Part shown: positions 1-18,524 of the stretch, piece by piece
How the letters are laid out: every line of letters begins with the position of its first letter
Position numbering within the stretch: the stretch's first letter is position 1
DNA from: the human T2T-CHM13v2.0 reference genome, Homo sapiens
DNA: 64,000 bases
Direction: 5' to 3' (one strand)
NCBI RefSeq assembly: GCF_009914755.1
Contig: NC_060925.1
Notes under the pieces: model-generated
The model's input: the letters and a program-made list of their open reading frames with translations, nothing else
What the model was told of the DNA's origin: nothing
The model's database searches: none
Translations under genes and position numbers: made by a program

Positions 1-350
1 ACCTCCCACCAGGTCCCTCCCAGGACACACGGGGATTATGGGAGCTACAGTTCAAGATGAGATTTGGGTGGGGACACAGCCAAAGCGTATCAGCGTAGCT
101 TTTTGAAAGGTAATTAAAAAATATTTTTTAGTACTGGGCTTACGCCTGTAATCCCAGCACTTTGGCAGGCCGAGGTGGGCGGATCACCTGAGCTCGGAAG
201 TTCGAGACCAGCCTGGTTAACATGGTGAAACCCCATCTCTGCTAAAAATACAAAAATTAGCCAGGCATGGTAGTGCACCCCTGTAATCCAGCTACTCAGG
301 AGGCTGAAAGAGGAGAATTGCTTGAACCCAGGAGGTGGAGGTCGCAGTGA

Positions 351-719
<369 letters not shown>

Positions 720-937
720 TGATCTGCCCGCCTTGACCTCCCAAGATTACAGGCGTGAGCCACCGCGCCCAGCCTTAAACAGCACTCTTGTGCCACAGAA
801 GCACACACAGTACAGTCATTTTCATCTGCAAAGCATATGTATGTGTTAACCTTACACAAGCCATCCAGGAACTTGTCTTTTAAAAGTAACAGCGTGTTGT
901 TTAAGGAGGATTCATTTGTAAAGCTTAATATATGACA

Positions 938-1569
938 TTGCTGGAGTTCAAAATGAAGGCCTCAGAAGCAAGTTTTTCTCTAAACTTCTCCTGCCCTCCT
1001 GTCTCTGGCCCCTCATTCTCCCCGCAAAGGCTACCATGAAACATGAATCCCCCTTCCCCAAGGTGGGTCACAGAAACCAGAACCCCTTTTTCCCAAAGCC
1101 AGCCTTAAAACCTGAGAAGATTACTCTAACTCCCCCTGCCCGCCCACCCTGCCTTTCTTTGTAAAAACCGGCCATAAAGAAATTCTCTGACCTACCTTGT
1201 TTGGCTGTAGGTCACCAGGCTCCCATTCCAGAGAGGGTCCTGCCTCACACCCAGAAGGAATGAAGGCTGCACAGAGAGGCCAAGAAGGCCCTACACAGAA
1301 CCCCCAGGGTCTCCCCACTCAGTCCACTAGCATCAGATCAGAGCCTTTTTGTCCAATCCTATCTCTACATGGCTGTCCATACTCTGTTGAACCTAAGCAT
1401 AAAAATTGACGTCTGTATCTTTGGGTCTTCATTCTGAAGGCTCCCATGTAACATAAAACTATGATCAAATAAATTTGTATGCCTTTTCTCCTATTAATTT
1501 GGCTTTTGTCAGTTGATTTTCAGGAGCTCTTTAGAGAGCAAAGAAGAAATTTTCCACTGGCCCCCAACA
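938..1569 (+). mobile_element. ERV1 solo LTR (MER39/MER34-like)
   Basis: AAAATGAAGGCCTCAGAAGCAAG... start and ...TTTTCCACTGGCCCCCAACA end resemble MER4-group LTRs; subfamily from memory. Confidence 0.65.
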
Positions 1570-2616
1570 GAATATTTTTTGTTTGTTTGTTTTTGGGATT
1601 TTTTTCAGACAGGGACTTGCTCTGTCTCCCAGGCTGGAGTGCAGTGGCACAATCATGGTTCACTCAACCTGTTGGCAGCCTCAACCTCCTGGGCTCAAGT
1701 GATCCTCCTGCCTCAGCCTCCCAAGTAGCTGGGACTACAGGCGTGAGCCACTACGCCAGGCTAATTTTTTTAAATTATATTCTGTGGTGACATAGGCCTC
1801 ATTAACCCTCATTAACTTGCCCAGGCTAGTCGTGAATGCCTGGGCTCAAGCGATCCTCCCATCTCGGTGTGAGCCACCGTGACTGCCTCTACAGAATGCC
1901 TTACATCAAAGGGAAGCCCAGGCTCATTTCAACTTCCCAGTACTTTTGTAGTGAATAAGGAGGAATTGGGACCCAAGACGGCTATCAGACCGCAAAGGTG
2001 CACAGCGGGTGTCCCCCACATTACACAGTTTGCTTCGATTGCCTTCTTGGGACCTCTTAGAACCAGGGTCTATATTTGGAAACAGCACAATTGCAGGATG
2101 TGTGATCATAATTGCACTGAATTATAAGCATTTCTTGCATCAGAAATTCTAAATTACTTAATAGAAGTGAGTGTTATTGTACTGAGCATGGCTAAATACG
2201 TTACTCATGTTTATTAAATGAGAATCCAAGAAGAGCATTTACTGGGTGCTTGATTTGTGTGAGGCACTGGGCTAAATACCTTATTCATTTATTCTTTGAA
2301 ACAGCCCCACGTAATTTTACAGATGAAGAAACCAGGGTTTAGAGGATTATGTAAACTGCCTAAGGACCCTCTGCTACGAAAAGGTGGTGGCTGCAATCCA
2401 ACCTCAAAATTACTGGGTCCAAAGCCCGTGAAGTTAACCCTGACACTAAATGGCCTCAAAATTGTTTAATTAAGTATATCAGGCCAGGCACAGTGGCTCA
2501 CCCCTGTCATCCCAGCACTTTGGGAGGCCTAGGCAGTGGATCACCTGAGGTCAGGAGTTCGAGACCAGCCTGGCCAACATGGCGAAACCCCGTCTCTACT
2601 AAAAATACAAAAATTA

Positions 2617-2853
<237 letters not shown>

Positions 2854-2979
2854 TTAAGAACTATCATCCAGGGATTTCTTTGGTATGCCAGCATGTGCTG
2901 GTCAAATACCATCTTATCTCCCTGATCTGGGTTTGACAGGCTCATCTCTTTCTCACTGTGGTCACACTGTTTTATTTCT

Positions 2980-3310
2980 GTGAAGAAATATGAACCTGAA
3001 AGAGGGAATTCTTCAAGATAGATCCCTAGTGGCTAACTGAGCCTAAATTTAAAATAGAGCCAAATGGCTAAAATAGTTAGCCATTTGCTAACTAGAAGTC
3101 ACACAGGTACTCTGAGATTCCTGAAAACCAGCACCTTCTTAATGTTGGGACTTTTGGAGCTCACCTGCCTCCACCAACCAGGGCTCAGCTGTATCGACTA
3201 ATGAGGACTCAGCGGCATAAACCAATCAAAACTAAGCAAGTTTCAGTCTTTCATTTGCATAAACAGACCTGATTGGGAACCTGGGCAGGAACTTTATAAC
3301 ACGCAAATCC
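2980..3310 (+). mobile_element. ERV1 LTR fragment (LTR26-like)
   Basis: CTTCAAGATAGATCCCTAGTGGCTAACTGAGCCTAAATTTAAAATAGAGCCAA motif; CCAAT/ATTTGCAT-rich U3; interrupted by an Alu. Confidence 0.55.
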
Positions 3311-3727
3311 CCCTTTTCTTGTTGTTTTTCTTTGAGATGAAATCTCACTCTGTTGCCCATGCTGGAGTGCAGTGTCATGATCTCAGCTCACTACAACCTC
3401 CACCTCCCAGGTTCAAGTGATTCTTCTGCCTCAACCTCCTGAGTAGTTGGGACTACAGGTGTGTGTCACCATGCCCGGCTAACTTTTTTATATTTTTAGT
3501 AGAGACGGTGTTTCACCATGTTGGCCAGGCTAGTCTCGAACTCCCAACTTCCGGTGATCCCTCTGGCTCTGCCTGTGACCTCATGTGCCCTCCACTGGGG
3601 CCCCCACAGAGTCCAGAGCTGTCCCTGGAACAGCTCTCCTCCCTCCCCAAGCTCCATCCCAGGACTTCTCACTCTGCCCTGCCAGGAGCCAGCAGTCCCC
3701 TCTGCAGTATTCCTGTCTCCATTCACT

Positions 3728-4336
3728 TGTAACCACGTACCCCCATTTTTCTAAGAAATCGTTTATTTTTTTTTTCTCTCTCTCTCTCCTTTTCTCATTC
3801 CCCTGGTTCCCCACTTCCTACTTTGCCCTTTAAAATGCAAGTATAGCTTTTTCTTTCTTTTTTTTTTGTTTTTATAGAGGGCAAGTTCCTCTAACTCTGT
3901 GCTCCAAGACTCTCCTCAAGAGCTAATAGTCGATTTACAAACCAAAGCATGCATGCCTGCTACGGAACTCTCACCCTCCAGGAGGTTGCCTCGGAACTCC
4001 CTCCCACCAAGAGACGTGAGAGATATGGGACTCTGTCCTACCTGGGGAGTTTTCGGCCTAGTCCTGCCCATGAAGGCACCGGCAGTCTCTAGCTCAGCCG
4101 CCCAGTAGATAAAGCACTAGATCTAGCCTGCAGACCACGCCCGGCCCTGCTCACTTCCTCCCCTGCCTTTTCAACGTGCCGTCTTTCTGCTCCAAAGGTG
4201 AAGCGGGACACTTAAGATAGGACACCTGTATTTCTTCCCCTAAGCTAGCTTTGGGATAAATCACTGTCTTCATACCACACCTCGCTCTTGTTAATCGGAG
4301 TCTGCAAGTGAGTGACTAACCCGCGTTTCAGTTACA
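3728..4336 (+). mobile_element. Solo LTR with TGTAAC...GTTACA termini (ERV1-like, subfamily uncertain)
   Basis: Inverted termini, about 610 bp, degenerate poly(A) signal GATAAA near 4255, near-matching 4-bp flanks CACT/CCCT. Confidence 0.65.
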
Positions 4337-4472
4337 CCCTCCCTGCAGTCAGGGAGCACTTTCTAAAAGGCAAATCCAATCAAATCTCTTCACTGGCTTC
4401 CTAGTGACCACATGTTAAAATCAAAGCTGCTTTTTTTTTGTTTTTTTTTTTGTTGTTGTTGTTGTTGTTTAA

Positions 4473-4568
<96 letters not shown>

Positions 4569-5059
4569 TGAGCCACTGCTTCTGACTAAAATCCGAGGGT
4601 TTTTGTTTGTTTGTTTGTTTTTCTTTTTTTTTCTGGAGTGCAGTGGCGCGATCTCGGCTCACTACAAGCTCCGCCTCCCGGGTTAACTCCGTTCTCCTGC
4701 CTCAGCCTCCCGAATAGCTGGGGCTACAGGCCTCCGCCACGACGCCCGGCTCATTTTTTGTATTTTTTAGTAGAGACGGGGTTTCACCGTCTTAGCCAGG
4801 ATGGTCTCTATCTCCTGACCTTGTGATCCGCCCGCCTCGGCCTCCCCAAGTGCTGGGATTACAGGTGTGAGCCACTGCACCCGGCCAAAATCTGAGTTTC
4901 TTATATAACTTATAAAATCTGGCTCTCTGGTCCCTGCTCACCCTGTGGCTTCCTTCCCCTCTCCTCAATCCCAGCCCCAACTCTCCCTCCCATGTGCCTG
5001 GGCCCATGGCTCCTTCTGAGAAGCACACTGCCTGGACAGGCATCGCTTCCTCTGCATCC

Positions 5060-5225
5060 CGCTTTCCCTCCCTTCCCTCTCCCCCCTCCCCCCTCCCTCC
5101 CCCGCCCCCTTCCCTCCCCCTTCCCCCTCCCCGTCCCCCAACTCCATCCCTCCCTCCCCTGCCTCCCAGCGGAGCTCCCTGGTGCACAGCTGCCCCTTCC
5201 CCACATCCCCCCCACCCGCCACCGT
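5060..5225. repeat. C-rich low-complexity tract
   Basis: Many C3-C6 runs separated by single T or G. Confidence 0.85.
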
Positions 5226-5342
5226 GAGCACCAGGAGGGCAGCTGCTCTCACTCCCCTTTTGCCGTCCATCCATGGTGCTTGGTGCCTGGTGGCGTTGTG
5301 TTGAATGAAGATTCCTCTTAGAGAAAGCATCTTGTACCCCAA

Positions 5343-5500
5343 TGTGGATCTTAACACGTTGGACATGTCATTCCCCTCGAATGAAAGTTCCCAGGCAGGA
5401 AGTGAGTTTTACCTTATCATGTGGATGTGTGGATCTTATCAGGTTAGACATGTCATTCCCCTAGAATGAAAGTTCCAGGTGGGAAGTGAGTTTTATCCTT
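5343..5500. repeat. Two-copy tandem duplication, period about 85 bp
   Basis: TGTGGATCTTA...GACATGTCATTCCCCT.GAATGAAAGTTCC...GGAAGTGAGTTTTA at 5343 and 5428. Confidence 0.9.
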
Positions 5501-5876
5501 GTGCTTGTGTCCTGATGTGGTTCCTGGTGCAGAGTAGACACCTGGATGGCTGCTAGTTCAGTGAAGGAGTCATTTGGATCCAATAGTCAGCATCTTCAAT
5601 GAATGTGTCAGAATCTGCCTCTTCAATGAATTTGGAAAAGTTGTTTGAAAGGCTTCAATGGCTTAGTGAATTTTAAATACAGCTATCTGAATCAATATTG
5701 ATGTAACAACAGTTTTTTCTTTTTTTTGAGACAAGGTCTCACTTTGTCATCCAGGTTGAAGGGCAGTGGTGCATTCATGGCTTACTGCAGCCTCGACCTC
5801 CTGGGCTCAAATGATCCTCCCACCTCAGCCCCCCAAGTAGCTGGAACTACAGGCATGCACCACCATGCCTAGCTAA

Positions 5877-6478
<602 letters not shown>

Positions 6479-6788
6479 TGAACTCCTGACCTCTGGTGAT
6501 CCACCCCCCTTGGCCTCCCCAAGTGCTGGGATTACAGGTGTGAGCCACTGCACCCGATCAACAGCATCCATTTTTATGTAACTAATAAGTCAATTGTTGA
6601 AAGCAAAAGGAATCTCATACTGGAAATCTTTAGCATCCTTCGGCACTAAAAGCCAAAGTTTACAAAGAATGGCACCTTATTTCATGATTACCCTTTATGA
6701 TATGATGTTGCAACAGTTATAAAAAGCTTTTTAAAATAAGGTCTTTTTTTCTTATTCTTTTTTTCCTGTGAACATCATAGTTTTGTGT

Positions 6789-6794
6789 TTTATT
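6789..6794 (-). terminator. Candidate distal poly(A) signal of TNFRSF9
   Basis: TTTATT on plus = AATAAA on minus, about 4.9 kb after the stop codon; fits the recalled roughly 6 kb mRNA. Confidence 0.6.
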
Positions 6795-7669
6795 AGATAG
6801 TCTTTTAAATAAAAACGTTGATAAAGATCACTCTCCAAGTCCTACCACACACAGGGCACATGTAACCTGCCCTAGCTGCGGTGGGCACCTCTCACCCACA
6901 GATGGAAACATCTTCCTGTGGGGGAAGATGCCCACTTTATAGTCATCCGCCCCTCACATCAAAACTTTCCGTCAGAGTGATATCTTCCACTAAAGAAAAA
7001 AAATTAAAACTTTCTTCTGAAAAAAACCTGAGCTTGTTTTTAGCATTTAGAAAATGATTTATAATTTGTGTATCCCTAAATGTGCTAATTTATTTTTAAT
7101 CATAGAAATTTACATTTATTTCTATTAAACCTAATTATGGAACTTTCTAAATTAAACCCAGAAGGGGATCATTTTATTCTGTCTCAATGTTCCTTCCTTA
7201 TTAATTGTCATTTAGGGGGAGCAATGACTCACATGCCAAGTTCCTGTGTTTTTCATTTATAGCTTTTGCACATGATACCAGAATAGGCTATGATAAAAAT
7301 ATCACAGTCTGTATCATAAACATAGCCTCCTTTCTTCACAGAATAAACTGTGGATTTTCGGTGTGTAACCTAGGACACATGAGAGCCTCGCTCCATTATC
7401 TTGGATACCCCAACCCTGTGGGGCATGACCAGTCTCTTTCTGTTTGTGGATAGTCAGCAGTAGGTAATTAAACACCATGTGTCCAAAGCCAAGAGGAGAA
7501 ATCACTTTAGAACTTACAGCATCATGATTCAGAAAGACAAAAATATTCGCACCTAGCTTTGTTCCTGAAATGGCACCAGTATACTTCCTAAGCTTTGCTT
7601 TGCCTACTATTTGGCAAGAATTGTACAGCCAATAATTGTTCTCTTATTCTTATTGGAACACCAGATGAC

Positions 7670-10273
<2,604 letters not shown>

Positions 10274-10735
10274 TTAGGAGGCTGAGGCAGGGAGATCACT
10301 TGAAACTGGGAGGCGGTGATCCAAGATTGTACCACTGTACTCCAGCCTGGGAGACAGAGTGAGACACTGTCTCAAAAAAAAATAAAATGAATAAAATTTA
10401 AAAAGCTATCCTTAGATCATAAGCCAAACAATGGCAGGCATGCCAGGTTTGCACCTGTAATCCCAGCTACTTGGGAGACTGAGGCGGGTGGATCACTTGA
10501 GCCCAGGAGTTTAAGGCTAAAGTGTGCTATGATTGTGCCTGTGAATAGCCACTCCATTCCAGCCTGGGCAACAGAGCAAGACTGTCTCAAGCAAACCAAC
10601 AGACAAACAAAGGCAAATGGTGCACCAGGTTTGGCCATGGGAGTTTGGCGGCCCCCACTCTAGTGCTGTGGTAGGACAATGAGCTCACAGGTGTTAATTT
10701 TCTCACTGTACTTCATACCTATCATATGCAGTTCA

Positions 10736-10741
10736 TTTATT
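10736..10741 (-). terminator. Candidate proximal poly(A) signal of TNFRSF9
   Basis: AATAAA on minus about 1 kb after the stop codon, in non-repeat sequence. Confidence 0.5.
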
Positions 10742-11709
10742 GGCTTTGGTATAAAATATTATGTTAAAAGTTAAGAATTTTTAGAATGTAACCTGGCTTA
10801 AAAGGGAGCAGGACAAAGGCAGAAGGTGTGAGGATGGAGAAGACCATAGGATATACAGACACTTGAACTCTTTCCAAAACTTCCTCCAGGCCTGAGGTTT
10901 TTTGTCCTTGACCCTAAACTCAGGCACTCTGCTCATACTCCCCCCTGACGGTGGAGCATGTCGTGTTACATGACAGAACCCACGGAAACTTTAGTCGGGT
11001 ACTTACTGCACCTCGTGGCTTATTGTCATATGTCATATTAGCACCAAAAAACAAACCTGCATTGATTTTGATTATAATTATAGTTGGACCACTGGACTAT
11101 GTAATTGAATTTAAACTATAATTTTCTTTGGATTTCAAAAAAACTAGCTCAAACCTGTTAAGTGGTATCTAGAAAATGCTTTTTTTTTTTTTTTTTTATC
11201 ACCAGCTCTGTCCTCATCTGTCTGTTCTGTTAAAAGTGGTGCATTATTTTGGCCGGGCCTGGCAGTTCATGTCTGTAATCCCAGCACTTTGGGAGGCCAA
11301 AGTGAACCTAGGAGTTTGAGACCAGCCTGTACAACATGGTGAAATGCCATCTTTACCAAACAAAAAACAAAAAAGTTAGTCAGGTGTGGTGGCCCTTCCT
11401 TGTAGTTCCAGCTACTCAGGAGACTGAGGCAGGAGGATCACTTGAGCTCCCAGAGGTCAAGGCTGCAGAGAGCCATGGTGGTGCCACTGCACTCCAGCCT
11501 GGGTGACAGAGTGAGACCCTGTCAAAAAAAAAAAAAAAGTGGTGCATTTTTAAAGGCCAACTCATTGGCATTTAGAAAAGAACGTGTGTTGGGGGAATCC
11601 TGGGTATTATGTAGGATGGTGTTCTTGCTTTTGAAAGCTGTGATAGCGGATGACTCATATTTCCTTGCTTCTTTTCAAGAAAGTCCCAACAGCCCTATTG
11701 ACTTCCATT

Positions 11710-11798
11710 TCACAGTTCACATCCTCCTTCTTCTTCTTCTGGAAATCGGCAGCTACAGCCATCTTCCTCTTGAGTAGTTTGTACTGGTCTCATAAATG
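11710..11798 (-). CDS. TNFRSF9: TNFRSF9 last coding exon (c.680-768; TRAF-binding tail)
   Basis: PFMRPVQTTQEEDGCSCRFPEEEEGGCEL; TGA at 11712-11710; T-rich TTTAG acceptor. Confidence 0.98.
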
Positions 11799-12104
11799 CT
11801 AAAAAAAAAATTTTAAGATACGTATATTTTGTTGTCTATTTGAATCATTTAACACTTATTTTCCATAAATTATAGCTGCAGAACATCTCTAAGCAGCAAA
11901 CATTCTCCCCTTTAATTTTAACAAACTCAGCCAGGCGTGGTGGCTCATGCCTGTAACCCCAGCACTTTGGAAGGCCGAGGTGGGCAGATCACTTGAGGTC
12001 AGGAGTTCAAGACCAGCGTGGCCAACATAGCAAAACCCCATCCCTACTAAAAATACAAAAATTAGCCGGGCGTGGTGGCAGGTGCCTGTAATCCCAGCTA
12101 CTCA

Positions 12105-12209
<105 letters not shown>

Positions 12210-12211
12210 TC

Positions 12212-12242
<31 letters not shown>

Positions 12243-12433
12243 CAAAACAAAACAAAAACAGGCCGGGTGCAGTGGCTCATGCCTGTAATCCCAGCACTTT
12301 GGGAGGCTGAGGCCGGTGGATCACAAGGTCAGGAGTTCAAGACCAGCCTGGCCAAGATGGTGAAACCCCGTCTCTACTAAAAATACCAAAAAAATTAGCT
12401 GGGCGTGGTGGTGGGCGCCTGTAATCCCAGCTA

Positions 12434-12622
<189 letters not shown>

Positions 12623-13241
12623 CTAGAGATTATTTGAAATTTGTTTCCTCTTACCAAATATTTGTATTGGTCTTTAAGAACTATTTTCTTTATTTTCTAC
12701 ATTAGCTAAAAAAGCATGAATCTTAAGCATGAATCACTAAACCATAAAATATTAGCCATATCCCAATCATAGCTCTAGTTTCAATTCAGCAGCACTTATT
12801 TTCGTCTTGAGGGTTACTGAGATTCGAGATCCGATGGTTTCCTTGGAATGCAGTGTTATGACTCCAGGATTGTGAAGGTATCCCCACTGCTTCCATCTGT
12901 TAGGAACCAAGAACCGATCTGTGCGTGAGCTGCCAGGCTTTCTTTTACATGTTAGTGAAGTATTTGTGTTACTGCTCCGCAAATTTCAATCCTAAGCAGA
13001 TATTTATTTACAGACTGGCAAGGCAAAAAGTCCTACCCCGATTTCATATGCTTGTTGCTATAAAAAATAACCACACCATCTCCTAGAACTTATGAAAAAC
13101 TGGCAAGATGTTCAGAAATACCAACGGGATGTCTTTTGAAATTGTTCCCAGGTTGAATTTCAAAATGGAGATCTCTTCTGGAAAGATTGAGATGTCATGT
13201 TTTCCGTATTTGTCCTGCTGAGTACTGCTGAAAACCTCTCA

Positions 13242-13724
<483 letters not shown>

Positions 13725-13756
13725 CTAGTTATGAGACCAGGAAAGGGGCAGCATAG

Positions 13757-14056
<300 letters not shown>

Positions 14057-14628
14057 TGAGCCACCACACCTGGTCCAAAAACTTCTAGACAATAACCACT
14101 CAATTCTAACAAAACACCACAAAAAACACCGTGGCTCCGCCTGCAAGCCCACCAGGAAGGACTGAGTAGAGAGCCTGGACTTCCACCCTCACGGCTGATT
14201 AAGGCTCATCTCCCCCTCCCTCCTGGGGTAGTGTCAGAGGAGGCCTAGTGGGAGCTAGAACTCCCACGTGTCTAGCAGTAAAAAGGAGACCCTCACCCTC
14301 CAGGAGGTATAGCATAGAACCCAAACTTCCTCCACCCCTGCCTGGCCGTAACGAGCTGCCCATCCTCCTTCCTTCCCTAGAGTGATGTCAGAGGAACCCT
14401 GAGAAAATACAAGATCTAAATTAGATCCAGAAACTGGGTGTGGGGGCTCACGCCTGTAATCCCAATACTATGGGGGCCAAGGCAGGAGGATCGCTTGAGT
14501 CCAGGAGTTCTAGACCAGCTTGGGTAACAGAGCAAGACCCTGTCTCTACAAAACATTTAAAAATTAGCCAGGGGTGGTGGCACATGACTGTAGTCTCAGC
14601 TACTCTGGAGGCTGAGGTGGGAGGATCA

Positions 14629-14736
<108 letters not shown>

Positions 14737-15169
14737 TTAGGCCTAAATCTAACAAAACACATACAGAACTTGTATAGTGAAAACTACAAAATGCTGGTGA
14801 AATAAATTTTAAAATGTATAAATGAAGAGACATACTATGTTCCTGCATTAGAATACAGTCATACAGCGTACAACAACGTTTTGGTCAAAAACAGACTGCA
14901 TATATGATCGTGGTCCCATAAGATTATAGTGGAGCTGAAAAGTTCCTATTGCCTCGTGATGTCCAACCATCATAACATTGCAGCACAGCTCATTGCTCAC
15001 GTTTGTGGTGATACTGATGTAAAAAACCTACTGAGCTGCCAGTTGTGTAAAGTGTAGCATATGCAATTATGTACAGCACATAATCCTTGACAATGACAAT
15101 AAATGACTATGTTAGTAGTTTATGGACTTACTATACCATACTTTTTATAGTTATTTCATAGTATATTCC

Positions 15170-15193
15170 ATATATATATATATATATATATAT
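15170..15193. repeat. (TA)n microsatellite
   Basis: Read directly from the sequence. Confidence 0.92.
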
Positions 15194-15202
15194 AACCAGT
15201 TA

Positions 15203-15541
<339 letters not shown>

Positions 15542-15982
15542 TCAGGCAGGTCCTTTGGGAGGTATTCCAGAAGAAGACATTGTTCTCATAGGAGATGACA
15601 GCTACATGCATGTTTTTGCCCCAAAGATCTTCCAGTGGGACAAGATGTGGAGGTGGCAGACACCAACTCTGTGTGGGTCTAGGCTAATAAGTGTGTTCGT
15701 GTCTTAGTTTTTCACAAAAAAAGTTTAAAAAGTAAAAAGCAATTTAAAAACTTTTAAATAGATAAAAGCTTATAGAATAAGGAAATAAAGAGAAAATATT
15801 TTTGTACAGCTGTACAATGTGCTTGTGTTTTAAGCTAAGAGTTATTACAAAAGAGTCAAAAAGTTAAAAAAAATTTTTTTTAAGTTTATAGGCTGGGTGC
15901 GGTGGCTCATGCCTGTAATCCCAGCACTTTGGGAGGCCGAGGTGGGCAGATTACCGGAGCTCAGGAGTTCGAGACCAGCCTA

Positions 15983-16159
<177 letters not shown>

Positions 16160-16300
16160 TCAAAAAAAAAAAAATTAAAGTTTATGAAGTAAAAAGTCAC
16201 AGTAAGCTAAGGTTAATTTATTATTGAAGAAAGAGAACATTTTAAATAAATTTAGGTTAGCTTAAGTGTACAGTGTTTATAAGACTACAGTGATATACAG

Positions 16301-16780
16301 CAGAGGTCCCCAACCTTTTTGGCAAGAGGGACCAGTTTTGTGGAAGACAATTTTTCCACGGACTGGGTGGGTGGGGGGATGGTTTCAGGATGATTCAAGC
16401 ACATTACATTTATTGTGCACTTTATTTCTATTATTATTACTTTGTAATATATAATGAAATAATTATACAACTCCCTGTAATGTAGAATCAGTGGGAGCCC
16501 TGAGCTTGTTTTCCTACAACTAGACAGTCCCATCTGGGGGTGATGGGGAACAGTGACAGATCATCAGGTACTGGATTCTCATAAGGAGCGTGCAACCTCG
16601 ATCCCTCGTATGCGCAGTTCACAATAGGATTCATGCTCCTATGAGAATCTAATGCCGCTGCTGATCTGATGGGAGATGGAGATAAGGCGGTAATGCAAGT
16701 CATGGGGAGGGGCTATAAATACAGAGGAAGCTTCACGTGCTTGCCCACCACTCTCCTCCTGCTGGGTGGCCTGGTTTCTA
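16301..16780 (+). mobile_element. MER1A-like hAT-Charlie element
   Basis: CAGAGGTCCCCAACCTTTTTGGCAAGAGGGACCAGTTTTGTGGAAGACAATTTTTCCACGGAC start. Confidence 0.8.
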
Positions 16781-16781
16781 A

Positions 16782-17105
<324 letters not shown>

Positions 17106-17799
17106 TAGCTACACAAATACCATTATGTTACAGTTGCCTATGGTATTCGGTACAGTCACATGCCTGACAGGTTTGTAGTATAGGAGGGATAGGCTATACC
17201 ATCCAGCCTAGGTGTATAGTAGGCTGTACCATCTAGGTTTGCATAAGTGCCCTCTATGATGTTCACACAACAACGAAATCACTTAACAACACATTTCTCA
17301 GAACTACCCCTGTCATTAAGTGATATGTGACTGTACTTCACATAGTAAAGATGTCAATTTGCCCGAAACTGATATGCAGATTTAACACAATTGTTATCAG
17401 AATCCCAGCCGGCTTTTTGTAGATATAGATATTATCCTAAAATGTATGTGGAAATGCAAAGGAACTAGAATAGATAAAACAATTTTGAAATGAAATAATA
17501 AAGTGGGAGAGACTACCACCCTCTACCCAATTTCAGTATTTATGTATAACTACAGTAATCAAGGCTGTGTGGTATTGGCAGAAGAAGAAACACATGGATC
17601 AATGGAACAGAAGAGGGAAACCAGATAGCCCCACGTAATTGCAGCCAACTGACTTTGACAAAGGTACAATGAAGGATGACTAATGTTTTCCACTAGTGGT
17701 GCTAGAGCAATTGGACGTCCATAGTCCAACAACAAAAACAACAACAAAAAACTTGGCTAAAACCTCTCACACCTTATACGAAAAATTTAAAACGAATCA

Positions 17800-18524
<725 letters not shown>

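Noticed and set aside
4792-5366. Gly-rich and Pro-rich ORFs of 77-160 aa
   Set aside because: Translations of the C-rich low-complexity tract and an Alu.
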